A stretch of 21,788 bases of DNA from Promethearchaeota archaeon. Lineage in GTDB: Archaea; Asgardarchaeota; Lokiarchaeia; Sigyniarchaeales; SOKP01. Made by a program: the position numbers and the translations under genes. The stretch is taken from assembly GCA_048941015.1 (NCBI GenBank), contig JBHLNZ010000047.1:1-21788 (forward strand), in the 5' to 3' direction. Numbering within the stretch: position 1 is the first letter of the stretch; the number at the start of each line of letters is the position of its first letter. Positions 1-9,700 of the stretch are shown piece after piece. Under the pieces are notes generated by a model. That model made no database searches and was not told the DNA's origin. It saw nothing but the letters and a program-made list of their open reading frames with translations.

Positions 1-1
1 C

Positions 2-952
2 AAGCTAATAAGAAACAAGATGATTATTGATAAGATTGAAAGTTATTTTGGGATGAGAAAAATTGGATTAGGAAAATCAAAAAATGGTATTCGACAGATT
101 GAATTGAATAATAAGCCATTATTTCAATATGGAATTCTTGATCAAGGATATTGGCCTGATGGTTTGCATGTTGCGCCTACAGATGAAGCTTTACGCTACG
201 ATATAGAAATTACAAAAGAATTAGGCTTTAATATGATTCGAAAACATGTAAAAGTAGAGCCTGCTAGATGGTACTATTACTGTGACAAGATTGGAGTTTT
301 AGTATGGCAGGATATGCCAAATGGAGGAAAAGTAATTTTAGATCCTGCTAAAGAACTTGAAGAATCTAGATATAGTAGCCGAGAGGAACAAGAGAAATTA
401 GATTTTTATAACGAACTTGAAAATATAATAAAAAAATTGTTTAATTCTCCATCACTTGTCATATGGGTTCCTTTTAATGAAGGATGGGGTCAATTTGATA
501 CGGAATTTGTTGTCGAAAGAATTAAAAAATTAGATTTTACCCGTCTTATTGATAATGCGAGTGGCTGGTTTGATCAAGGAGTAGGAGATATTTATGACTG
601 CCATCATTACCCAAGACCCAAAATGCCAGACCTTAAAAGAGTTGGAGATCGTGCAGCAGTTATAGGAGAATTTGGAGGGTTAGGATTGGAAGTTGATAAT
701 CATATGTGGAATATAAAATCGAAGTTTGTCTATAGAAATTATGATGATCCAAATAAAATGTTGGCTAAATATGGACAACTAATTTCAACATTGAGGAAAT
801 TGATAGAAAAGGGGCTTACAGCAGCAATATATACTCAAATAACTGATGTAGAAGGCGAAGTCAATGGCCTCTTAACCTATGATCGAAAAGTAATAAAAAT
901 GGATAAAAATCAATTAAGGGAGTTAAATTTAAGTTTATATCAAAATAAATAA
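2..952 (+). CDS. Glycoside hydrolase family 2, TIM-barrel catalytic region (5'-truncated by the window edge)
   Basis: The frame is open from position 2 (KLIRNKM...), so the ATG at 20 is probably internal. GH2 motifs: YFGMR, LDQGYWPDG, GFNMIRKHVKVEP, G.LVWQDMP, WVPFNEGWGQ (acid/base Glu) and GEFGGLG (likely nucleophile). Confidence 0.9.
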   Translation, partial: KLIRNKMIIDKIESYFGMRKIGLGKSKNGIRQIELNNKPLFQYGILDQGYWPDGLHVAPTDEALRYDIEITKELGFNMIRKHVKVEPARWYYYCDKIGVLVWQDMPNGGKVILDPAKELEESRYSSREEQEKLDFYNELENIIKKLFNSPSLVIWVPFNEGWGQFDTEFVVERIKKLDFTRLIDNASGWFDQGVGDIYDCHHYPRPKMPDLKRVGDRAAVIGEFGGLGLEVDNHMWNIKSKFVYRNYDDPNKMLAKYGQLISTLRKLIEKGLTAAIYTQITDVEGEVNGLLTYDRKVIKMDKNQLRELNLSLYQNK

Positions 953-985
953 ATACCTTATTATAAAATAAGATGAGATGATATA

Positions 986-2329
986 ATGAAAGATAAAATT
1001 AATTCTCCAAGCAAGGTAAAAAATAAAAAGCTACTGAGGGTAACTAAAATCGGTTCAATGAATGTATTTTTAATTTTGCTATTAGGAATTGCTGGTCAAA
1101 TTGCTTGGGTTGTAGAAAATAGTTGGTTTAATACTTTTGTTTTTGATGAAATAACCCCTAATCCATGGCCTGTAGCATGGATGGTTGCTGTAAGTGCGAT
1201 TACAGCAGCCTTTACAACATCAATGATGGGTGCGTTAAGTGATCGTACACGTTCAAAAATGGGAAGAAGACGCCCTTATATATTGTTCGGTTATATAATT
1301 TGGGGTATAAGTACTGCGGTATTTCCTCTAGTATCACTTATTAAAGTCATCGGAATTGCCATTGTTATGATTATTATAGCTGATGCAATCATGACTTTTT
1401 TCGGATCAACAGCGAATGATGCAGCATATAATGCATGGATTACGGATATAGGGGACTCTAGTAATCGTAACCGTATTTCTAGCTTGAATAATATTACAGG
1501 TTTAGTTGCCTTGCTCGTTTCTATAGGATTAGCAGGATTTATTATCGATATATATGGATACTTTATTTTTTTCTACATTTTAGGAGGGATAGTCTCTATT
1601 AGTGGATTAATTGCGGGACTTATCCTAAAAGAACCAAAAATTCCATTTGAAAGTAATAACTCTCATAAAAAGTTTTGGAAAGAATTCTCAGAATTATTAT
1701 CTTGGAATGAGATTCGTAAAAATAAGATTTTATATCTTCTATTTTTTAACATGGCTATTAGCGGGATTGCTAGTCAAATTTATTTCCCATATCTCTTCAT
1801 TTATTTCGAACATTACTTGGGGTTAACAAAATCGGAAATAAGTATTATTGGTGGACTTATCATAGGTGGTTCTACTATAGCAATAGTTCTTATAGGTTTT
1901 ATTAGTCATAAATTTAATCGGAAGTCAATATTAATTTTAGGAACTGTATTAGCTGCTTTACTTTTATTTATTTTGGGATTAGTTATAGATTTATGGCTTT
2001 TAGTAATTATATATATGTTTCAAACCATTTTCAGTATGTCTGCTGGATCTGTACATGGTGGATGGTTACAAGATAAATATCCTGAAGGAGATATAGGTAA
2101 ATTTCAAGGCATTCGCTTGATATTTATGGTTCTTATTCCAATGATTGTTGGACCAATAGCTGGTTCCACAATAATCACGCAATTAGGGATCCCAATTATA
2201 GAAAATGGTGAATCTGGATTTATTCCTACACCACCATTATTTATGATTGGTGCATTAGTTTCACTTTTAGCTTTAATTCCATTATTCTTTATCAAGAAGA
2301 TTGAAGGAGAAATTCATTTTAATAAATAA
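986..2329 (+). CDS. MFS transporter (sugar/GPH-like)
   Basis: About 12 hydrophobic helices and MFS motif A (GALSDRTRSKMGRRRPYIL). Starts 33 bp after the GH2 gene on the same strand. Confidence 0.9.
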   Translation: MKDKINSPSKVKNKKLLRVTKIGSMNVFLILLLGIAGQIAWVVENSWFNTFVFDEITPNPWPVAWMVAVSAITAAFTTSMMGALSDRTRSKMGRRRPYILFGYIIWGISTAVFPLVSLIKVIGIAIVMIIIADAIMTFFGSTANDAAYNAWITDIGDSSNRNRISSLNNITGLVALLVSIGLAGFIIDIYGYFIFFYILGGIVSISGLIAGLILKEPKIPFESNNSHKKFWKEFSELLSWNEIRKNKILYLLFFNMAISGIASQIYFPYLFIYFEHYLGLTKSEISIIGGLIIGGSTIAIVLIGFISHKFNRKSILILGTVLAALLLFILGLVIDLWLLVIIYMFQTIFSMSAGSVHGGWLQDKYPEGDIGKFQGIRLIFMVLIPMIVGPIAGSTIITQLGIPIIENGESGFIPTPPLFMIGALVSLLALIPLFFIKKIEGEIHFNK

Positions 2330-2399
2330 AGAGATCAATTATTTTAATTAATAAGAATCTATAAGTAAAATAAAAAAAATTGTAGATATTTAAAATTGT

Positions 2400-2909
2400 T
2401 TATTCTCTAATTTGAACTTTTGGTTGAATTTTTGAAGCTCCACCGAAATTAGTTATAACAGGACAATGGGAAAATACCTTTTCCATAAGCTCGTCAATTT
2501 TTTCTTTAGGGGCATTCGCTTTTATTCTTATGACAGGTTCTAATTTATCATAACCCGCGAGTTTTGAATCATCAATTCCAAATATAGCACCAAGGTTGAT
2601 ATGGCCTCTTGAAAAAACTTTCAACTCTTCAATTTTAATATCCATAATTTTTGCCCAGAATTTTGTGACAGCAATAATACAGGCTCCAATAGATGATAAG
2701 ATGACTAATAATGGTGATGGTCCTATATTAGTTCCGTCCAATCCACCAGGAGCGTCAATAAGCAACTCAAAAGGATCACCACCTGGATTTCCCATTTTAC
2801 AGTTTACTTGCATCCCATCAGATAACATTTCACATTCTATATTAAAATTTTTTTCCCCAGCATTCCAATCAGCCTTGATGGCTTCATAGGTTTCTTTAAA
2901 ACTTGGCAT
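2400..2909 (-). CDS. OsmC/Ohr family protein
   Basis: D.PGGLDGTNIGPSP motif followed by two Cys in the family contexts (IGACI and HCPV). Confidence 0.85.
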   Translation of the reverse strand: MPSFKETYEAIKADWNAGEKNFNIECEMLSDGMQVNCKMGNPGGDPFELLIDAPGGLDGTNIGPSPLLVILSSIGACIIAVTKFWAKIMDIKIEELKVFSRGHINLGAIFGIDDSKLAGYDKLEPVIRIKANAPKEKIDELMEKVFSHCPVITNFGGASKIQPKVQIRE

Positions 2910-2946
2910 ATTAGATCATTCTGACTTTTTTGTTAATGAATTAGAA

Positions 2947-2968
2947 TAAATGAATATTTATTCATTTA
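2947..2968. promoter_or_regulatory. Inverted repeat, candidate transcription-factor operator in the divergent osmC/TIR intergenic region
   Basis: TAAATGAATA, a short T spacer, then TATTCATTTA. Overlapped by the direct repeat TTAGAATAAA (about 2941-2950 and 2966-2975). Confidence 0.4.
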
Positions 2969-3099
2969 GAATAAAATGACTTCTATTTTAAATCTAATTG
3001 TTATGATCCTTTTCAAACATTTCATTGATGTTTTATATAAATCTTTTTATACATCAACGTCATAATTAGATTTATTAATCTTCTTTTACAAAGTGAAAA

Positions 3100-4746
3100 T
3101 TGATGGCGAAAACAAGAACGATTATTTTAAATCTTATAATAATAGGTATAGCAATTGCTGTCATCTTGATTATCGTGGATATCACTACCAATTTTTTTGG
3201 TAATAGGGATGAGCTTCTCCGTTTTTTTAGTCCTTTCCTGGATATGGAGAGCTTTTTATCGATATTTAATATGATTTTTGGTCTATCACATATTCCTCTT
3301 TCAATTATTTTTAGTATAATTCTTATCTGGAAAAGGCATAAAATAAAAGTTTATCCATTTGTCATAATCATTTGGATTTATCCATTACTTACTTTTCTAC
3401 CTTTATTTATACCAATAATGATGGGTCCAGTTGATATCTATGAGATGTATACAACTTTCTATTCTTACTTATTTGTAAGTTTTCTTACAATACTTTTACC
3501 TGCATTAATTGTTACAATTTTAGCATTTTTATTCAAAGGAAAGAAAAAAGAAAGAAAATGGGAAAGAGTAGGAGAAATTAGTATTAGAGCACCAACAGCT
3601 ACGGTAAGTTTTCCATTAGAAAGGGAATTAATATTTATTAGTTATGCAACAGTGGATTCTAATTATTTTCAAATTCCAAAAATTACGCGAATATTGACTA
3701 GTTATCCAGAAATTGATGAAATTCTTTATTGGGAGTCAGATATGCACGATGATATTTATAGATATATGGATACCAATCTACAACGATGTAAAGTAGTACT
3801 TCTATTTTGCTCTAAAAATTCTCTTTATTCCGAAGCAGTCAAGATGGAATGGAGTTCAGCATTAAAATTAAATAAGAGGATTGTCCCTGTATTTGAAAAC
3901 CCAGATGACATACCTGCTTTATTGACAACCAAATTAGGAGTTCAATTTAATGCGAATGATCCTTATTCTTCAATTGAAGATATTTACAATATGATATTAA
4001 AGAAATTAGAAGTTGAATCAGTTAGAGAATTTACCCGATATATTATTCCAAAATGGATTAAAGCAGAGGATTTTTATCGTCAATTACCTCTTGAAAAGAC
4101 AGTTGAAGAAACCTTAAGTTTTGAGAGTGATTATCCTTCAAGTGAATTAGGCATCCATATTGGTTTAATTCTACAGAATAATAATTTTCATGTTCCAGGA
4201 CTGAAAAAAGCTCTAAAAGGAAAGAAAAAGAAAAAAAAAGAGACTTCTGAATTAACTGAGGAGTCTGAATTTATAAAATTCACTTCATTTGCGGAATTGC
4301 GAGATGATCCAGAAAATATTGCAATTTTAGTTAAAATTGAAAAGATAACGGATGATAGTAGTAACGTTTTACTTAATTTAAAAGGAAAAAGAGATTGGGT
4401 ATTAAAAGAAATCTTGAAAGATATCGATTTAAAACTAGTTGAATTAAAAAGCAAAACAGAGCTTATTCGTAATTATTCCGGAAATGTTATTTCTTTAATG
4501 AAAGATATTGATGATATCGAAAGATTTTTAAGAAGATATCTCGGTTCAAGTATTAAAAGCATTGAAGAGCTTATCAAACAATATAAGAATAAAGAAATTG
4601 ATGAGGAAGAATTTATTATTAAAGGTACTCAATCTGTTGGAAAAGATTTTATTATCGTGTTTCTAGGAAATATTTCATTAATACTGAAGGAAAAGAAACA
4701 AATCTTAGAGAGTAAACCACCTAATCAAACTCAAATTGTATTCTAA
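3100..4746 (+). CDS. Multi-pass membrane protein: about 4 N-terminal TM helices + TIR domain + C-terminal domain of unknown function
   Basis: Four hydrophobic segments in aa ~8-145, then a basic stop-transfer (KGKKKERK). The TIR starts IFISYATVD (nt 3631) and continues LLFCSKNSLYSEAVKMEW and IVPVF. Start is TTG 3100 or ATG 3103. Confidence 0.85.
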   Translation: MMAKTRTIILNLIIIGIAIAVILIIVDITTNFFGNRDELLRFFSPFLDMESFLSIFNMIFGLSHIPLSIIFSIILIWKRHKIKVYPFVIIIWIYPLLTFLPLFIPIMMGPVDIYEMYTTFYSYLFVSFLTILLPALIVTILAFLFKGKKKERKWERVGEISIRAPTATVSFPLERELIFISYATVDSNYFQIPKITRILTSYPEIDEILYWESDMHDDIYRYMDTNLQRCKVVLLFCSKNSLYSEAVKMEWSSALKLNKRIVPVFENPDDIPALLTTKLGVQFNANDPYSSIEDIYNMILKKLEVESVREFTRYIIPKWIKAEDFYRQLPLEKTVEETLSFESDYPSSELGIHIGLILQNNNFHVPGLKKALKGKKKKKKETSELTEESEFIKFTSFAELRDDPENIAILVKIEKITDDSSNVLLNLKGKRDWVLKEILKDIDLKLVELKSKTELIRNYSGNVISLMKDIDDIERFLRRYLGSSIKSIEELIKQYKNKEIDEEEFIIKGTQSVGKDFIIVFLGNISLILKEKKQILESKPPNQTQIVF

Positions 4747-4946
4747 ATTCAATTTCTTTTAATATTTTTTATAAAATATTTAATAAAAATAATAATTAAA
4801 GTTATAATTTCTCAATTTTCTTATTTCTTTTAGTTATTACATTTGTGTAAAGATTTTTAAAGATATATAACATAATCAATAATTAACAATCCAATTAATT
4901 AACTTAATTGTATAAAAAATTTTCAAGCTAAATTTGGTGCATTTCA

Positions 4947-6590
4947 TTGAAGAAGGGTAAGATATTATTTTTTAGTTTATATATTTCTGGACTTATTTTA
5001 TTACTATTTATACCCCTTATTTGGGGAACATTATTTTCATCCTCGTGGTTTTTTCATTTAGGAGATTCATTTAGCTCAGTAGCAATATCTTCTGATGGTG
5101 AATATATAATAGCTGGGGCTTTTAATAGTAGAGTATATCTTTTTGATAAAGATCGTACAAAACCACTATGGTCTTATGAAACGGGTCATGAAATAACTTC
5201 AGTAGCCATTTCTTCTAATGGTGATGATATCGTTGCTGGTAGTAGAGATCGAAAGGTTTATTTGTTCCATAGGTCGGTTTCCACGCCTATATGGAGTTAT
5301 GATACTGGAGCAGATGTGTTATCTGTTGCAATATCTTCTGATGGGAATTATATCGTATCCGGAAGTGAGAATGGCAATGTTACTCTATTTGATAAATCCA
5401 GTTCTACTCCCTTATGGAGCAATTCGACAGGATACGAAGTAAATACTTTAGTTATCTCATCTGATGGACAAAATATTGTTGCAATAGGACAGTTTTTTAC
5501 ATTCTATTTATTCAATAAGACAAATCCTATTCCTGAACTTAGTTATTCTCTAACCGATTACCCTATTTCTATAGCGATAAGCTCAGATGGAAAATCTATT
5601 GTCGCTGGAACTGCAGATGATAAAGTATATTTATTTAGCAACTCTAGTTCTACTCCTCTATGGACATATAGTGGGTACGACGAAATTCGTTCCGTGTCTA
5701 TTTCCTCAAACGGACAATATATTGCGGCGGGAGGTTTAGGTCAATATGTATATTTTTTTGAAAATTCAAGTTCCATCCCATTGTGGACCTATAGAACGTT
5801 TAGTAATGTAGAATCTGTTTCTATATCATCAAATGGAGATTATTTAGCTGCAGGTACTTTTGGCTCTGGAGAACAACAAAAATCTTATTGTTTTCATAAA
5901 TCAAGTCAATCTCCTTTATGGATTGTCCAAGGTGGAGGAAAAACTGCAATTTCCTCAAATGGAAAATACATTGCCTCGGTACCAGGCCTTAAATTATTCT
6001 TCTTTGAAGTTGAGAGCCAATTTAATCTTTCTGATTTTAATACTTATACCATGATTGTTTTGACCATTGGGGGTGTGGGATTAGTCATTTCTATAATTGT
6101 TGTTGTTGCAAGAAGGAAGAAACTAAAAGCTAGAGGCATTCGAGTATTTATCAGCCATGCTATAGATGATTTCAGTAAATATAGAATAGCAGAGATAGCT
6201 AAGTACTTAGAATCCCATCCAGAAATTAATCATGTATATTACTGCGAAGAAGACCTTACGGGAAATATAGATGACTGGATGAAAAAAACCGTTCCAAGAT
6301 GCCAACTTTTAATATTTTTCTCAACAGAAAATTCTTTAAAATCAGAAGATTGTATGAATGAGTTAAAAATAGCACGCAAGCTTAATATTCAAATTTCACC
6401 TATCTTAGGTGTTAATTTAAGATGGGAAGACTTAGGAAACTTAAACATTAATCGGGAACTCGGGCAAGAATTTGATCCTATGGAATTTGAAAAATTTAAA
6501 GAAAATATCTATAATTATATCATTAAGTTCGCACAAGATCTAGAAAAGGAAATTCTTGAGAAAAGGAAGTCTAGAAAAAATAAAACATAA
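4947..6590 (+). CDS. Receptor-like protein: N-terminal signal/anchor + 8-repeat WD40/PQQ-like beta-propeller + TM + TIR
   Basis: Eight ~41-aa repeats (SVAISSDG.YI.AG....VYLF......PLWSY). TM MIVLTIGGVGLVISIIVVVA is followed by RRKKLKAR. TIR RVFISHA...STENSLKSEDCMNEL from nt 6141. TTG start. Confidence 0.88.
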   Translation: MKKGKILFFSLYISGLILLLFIPLIWGTLFSSSWFFHLGDSFSSVAISSDGEYIIAGAFNSRVYLFDKDRTKPLWSYETGHEITSVAISSNGDDIVAGSRDRKVYLFHRSVSTPIWSYDTGADVLSVAISSDGNYIVSGSENGNVTLFDKSSSTPLWSNSTGYEVNTLVISSDGQNIVAIGQFFTFYLFNKTNPIPELSYSLTDYPISIAISSDGKSIVAGTADDKVYLFSNSSSTPLWTYSGYDEIRSVSISSNGQYIAAGGLGQYVYFFENSSSIPLWTYRTFSNVESVSISSNGDYLAAGTFGSGEQQKSYCFHKSSQSPLWIVQGGGKTAISSNGKYIASVPGLKLFFFEVESQFNLSDFNTYTMIVLTIGGVGLVISIIVVVARRKKLKARGIRVFISHAIDDFSKYRIAEIAKYLESHPEINHVYYCEEDLTGNIDDWMKKTVPRCQLLIFFSTENSLKSEDCMNELKIARKLNIQISPILGVNLRWEDLGNLNINRELGQEFDPMEFEKFKENIYNYIIKFAQDLEKEILEKRKSRKNKT

Positions 6591-6777
6591 ACCTTTCACG
6601 AAAAAAAAACTTGAATGAATAATAGAAAACTATCATTTTAATTCACTTCTTTTAAGATTTAATTTTACAATAATTCTTTATGCTTTATTTTGAAAATTGA
6701 GATAAACAAAAGCATTAAATAAAAGTTTGTCAAATACTGAATATTAAAAATTATAATTAAAAAGCGGAATCTTAAGT

Positions 6778-9700
6778 ATGTTTAATAATAACCTGAAAAA
6801 AAAGTTTAATAAAAAAACATTGGCTCTCTTCTGCATTTTTTTAATGATCTATGTAGCAATGTTCTTCATAGCCTCACATAGAAATCTCTTAGATCAAAAT
6901 GGAAATTCAGATATACAAGACTTTAACTTTCCAAAGTCTAGTGCCCAATCGATTTCACCTGTTGAACTTGGTCAATATTATGATGATAGTAATTCTTCTA
7001 GAGATGTATTTATAAATGGAGACATTGCATATGTAGTAGATTTTCAAAATGGCCTAGAAATTATTAATATAAGTGATCCTGGTCATCCAACAAAATTGGG
7101 TAACTATACTACAAGTTCATGGGCCTTTAATGTTGTTGTTTCGAATAATATTGCATATGTAGCTATAGGATACGGATCATGGGATAGAAACATGGAAATA
7201 ATAAACGTTTCAGACCCAAATAACCCTGTTTTACTATCTACTGCTATAGATACCCCAATTACGTCTGGGTCAGACATTTTTGTTTCTGGTGGAATTGCTT
7301 ATATAGCAGATTATGCGGAGGGTCTTAGAATCTATAATATAAGCGATCCATCAAATCCACAATTTCTAAGTAAACTTGGTGATGCGAGCAATTATTCAGC
7401 CGGTATATATGTTTCAGGCAACATTGCTTACTTAACTGAAGTTGAAGACGGAATGGAAATCATTGATGTAAGTGATCCATTAAATCCTATTGAAATTAGT
7501 AATTTTAATGATGGAGGTAATTATTGGGATGTATTCATTTCTGGAGATTTAGCATATGTAACAGATCCATATGGAGGACTTAAGATTATTGACGTGAGTA
7601 ATCCAAAACAACCTAAAAAGCTTGGGAGTTTTTATGAGAATGATGCATCTAGAGGTATTTTTGTTGATGGAAATATTGCTTTTTTATCAGATGGAAGTCA
7701 AGGAACGAAAATAATTGATATTAGTGATCCCTATAACCCAACTAAATTAGGAAGCTATTATGATGGTGGTTCTTCACAAGCTTCTTTTGTTTCAAGAGGT
7801 TTACTTTATGTTGCTGATAGTAATGATGGATTGGAAATCATTGATATCGGATATTCTAGTGGACAATGGTTAGAGCCATCCTTAGTAGGTAAATTTGGAG
7901 ATGCATATAATAATAGTCAAAATGTAGTTGTTTCAGGAGATATTGCTTACGTTTCGGATGATTCAGATGGTTTGGAAATAATTAATGTAAGTAATCCCTA
8001 TAATCCTTCACTATTAGGTAAATTTGGAGATGGTTATAATAATACTCTGAGTGCATTCATTTCTGGAGATTTAGCATATGTCGCAGATGAATACGACGGT
8101 TTAGAGATAATTAACATTACTGATCCTACAAATCCTTATGAGATAGGATATTTTGATGATAGTGGAATAGTTACTAATGTATTCGTTTCAGGAGGTTTAG
8201 CTTATTTAACAGACGCGATTGATGGTTTAGAGATAGTTAATATTACCGATCCCACAAATCCTACAGAATTGAGTGAACTAGGGACTATAGGATCATGGTG
8301 TATTGATATTAATGTCTATGGCAATATTGCTTTTGTAGCAAGTGAGGGCAGTGGTATAGAGATAGTTGATGTGAGTGATCCGAGCAAACCTGTTGAAATA
8401 GGAAATTTTTCATACGGTGTAAGTGGTTGGGGTAGTGGTATTCATATTTCAAATGATATTGCATATTTTTCGGATGTAGCAGATGGTATAGAAATAGTAG
8501 ATGTCAAAAACTTGACTAATCCTTCTTTATTAGGAATATTTGGTGATGATCATAACGAATCTAGAGATATTTGCGTTTTTCGGGATATTGCTTTTGTTGC
8601 TGATGATACAGATGGTTTAGAAATAATTGATGTTAGTGATCCTAGCAATCCTATTGAAATAGGGGAATTTAATGATGGTGGAATAACAAAAGGAGTATAT
8701 TTTTCAAGAAATTTAGTATATGTAGCTGATAGAACTCATGGATTAGAGATTATCGATATTGGATTAGATAATGATGATGATGGATTGACAAACGTAGGAG
8801 AATATTTTATCCATTCCACTAATTTAACAAACCCAGATACAGATGGCGATAATATTAATGATTATGATGAAATAAACACCTATTCTACTGATCCTAATGA
8901 TGCTGATAGTGATGATGATAATTTAGAAGATGGTTTAGAATTAACTTATAATACAGATCCTAATGATGGAGACAGTGATGATGATGGACTACTTGATGGT
9001 GACGAAATTAATATTTATTCTACTGATCCGAATGATGATGATCATGACGATGATGGTATTTTTGATGGAGAAGAAACAATAGCAGGCTTAGATGGATATA
9101 TAACCGATCCAACAGATAATGATTGCGACGACGATGGATTGTTAGATGGAGCAGAGACAATAACATATCTAACTAATCCATTAAATGCAGATTCTGACTA
9201 TGACGATTTACCTGATGGTTGGGAAGTCCAATATTCACTCAATCCAAATTCACCTAATAGAAATGAAGACCCAGATGTAGATGGATTAACAAATTATGAA
9301 GAATTTCAGCATGGAACGGATCCCAGATTAGAAGATACCGATGGAGATGGATATTCAGATGGCGCTGAAGTAGCTGCTGGTACAGATCCTCTGGATCCTA
9401 ATAACTTTCCATTCAGTATTTGGGATTTTTTTAGAAGATTTGGATTATTGATAGGAATTGCTGTTGTCTCTGTAGCAATTGTAGCTGCGGTTGCTATTCG
9501 ACGGAAATCAATCCAAGCTAAAAAGCTCCGAGTTTTTATAAGCCATGCTGTTGATGATTTTAGAAGTTATAGAATAGCTGATATTGCTAAATTTCTTGAA
9601 TCACAAAAAGAAATCTCTCATGTATATTACTGTGAAGAAGATTTAGTAGGAAATATTGATGACTGGATGAAGAAAACCGTACCTCGTTGTCAACTCTTAA

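Noticed and set aside
2104-2889. Short ORFs 2104-2295 (-) and 2596-2889 (+)
   Set aside because: They are antisense shadows of the MFS and OsmC genes and have no motifs.
4188-6054. Short ORFs 4188-4454 (-), 5218-5442 (+) and 5860-6054 (+)
   Set aside because: They lie wholly inside well-supported TIR genes, antisense or out of frame.
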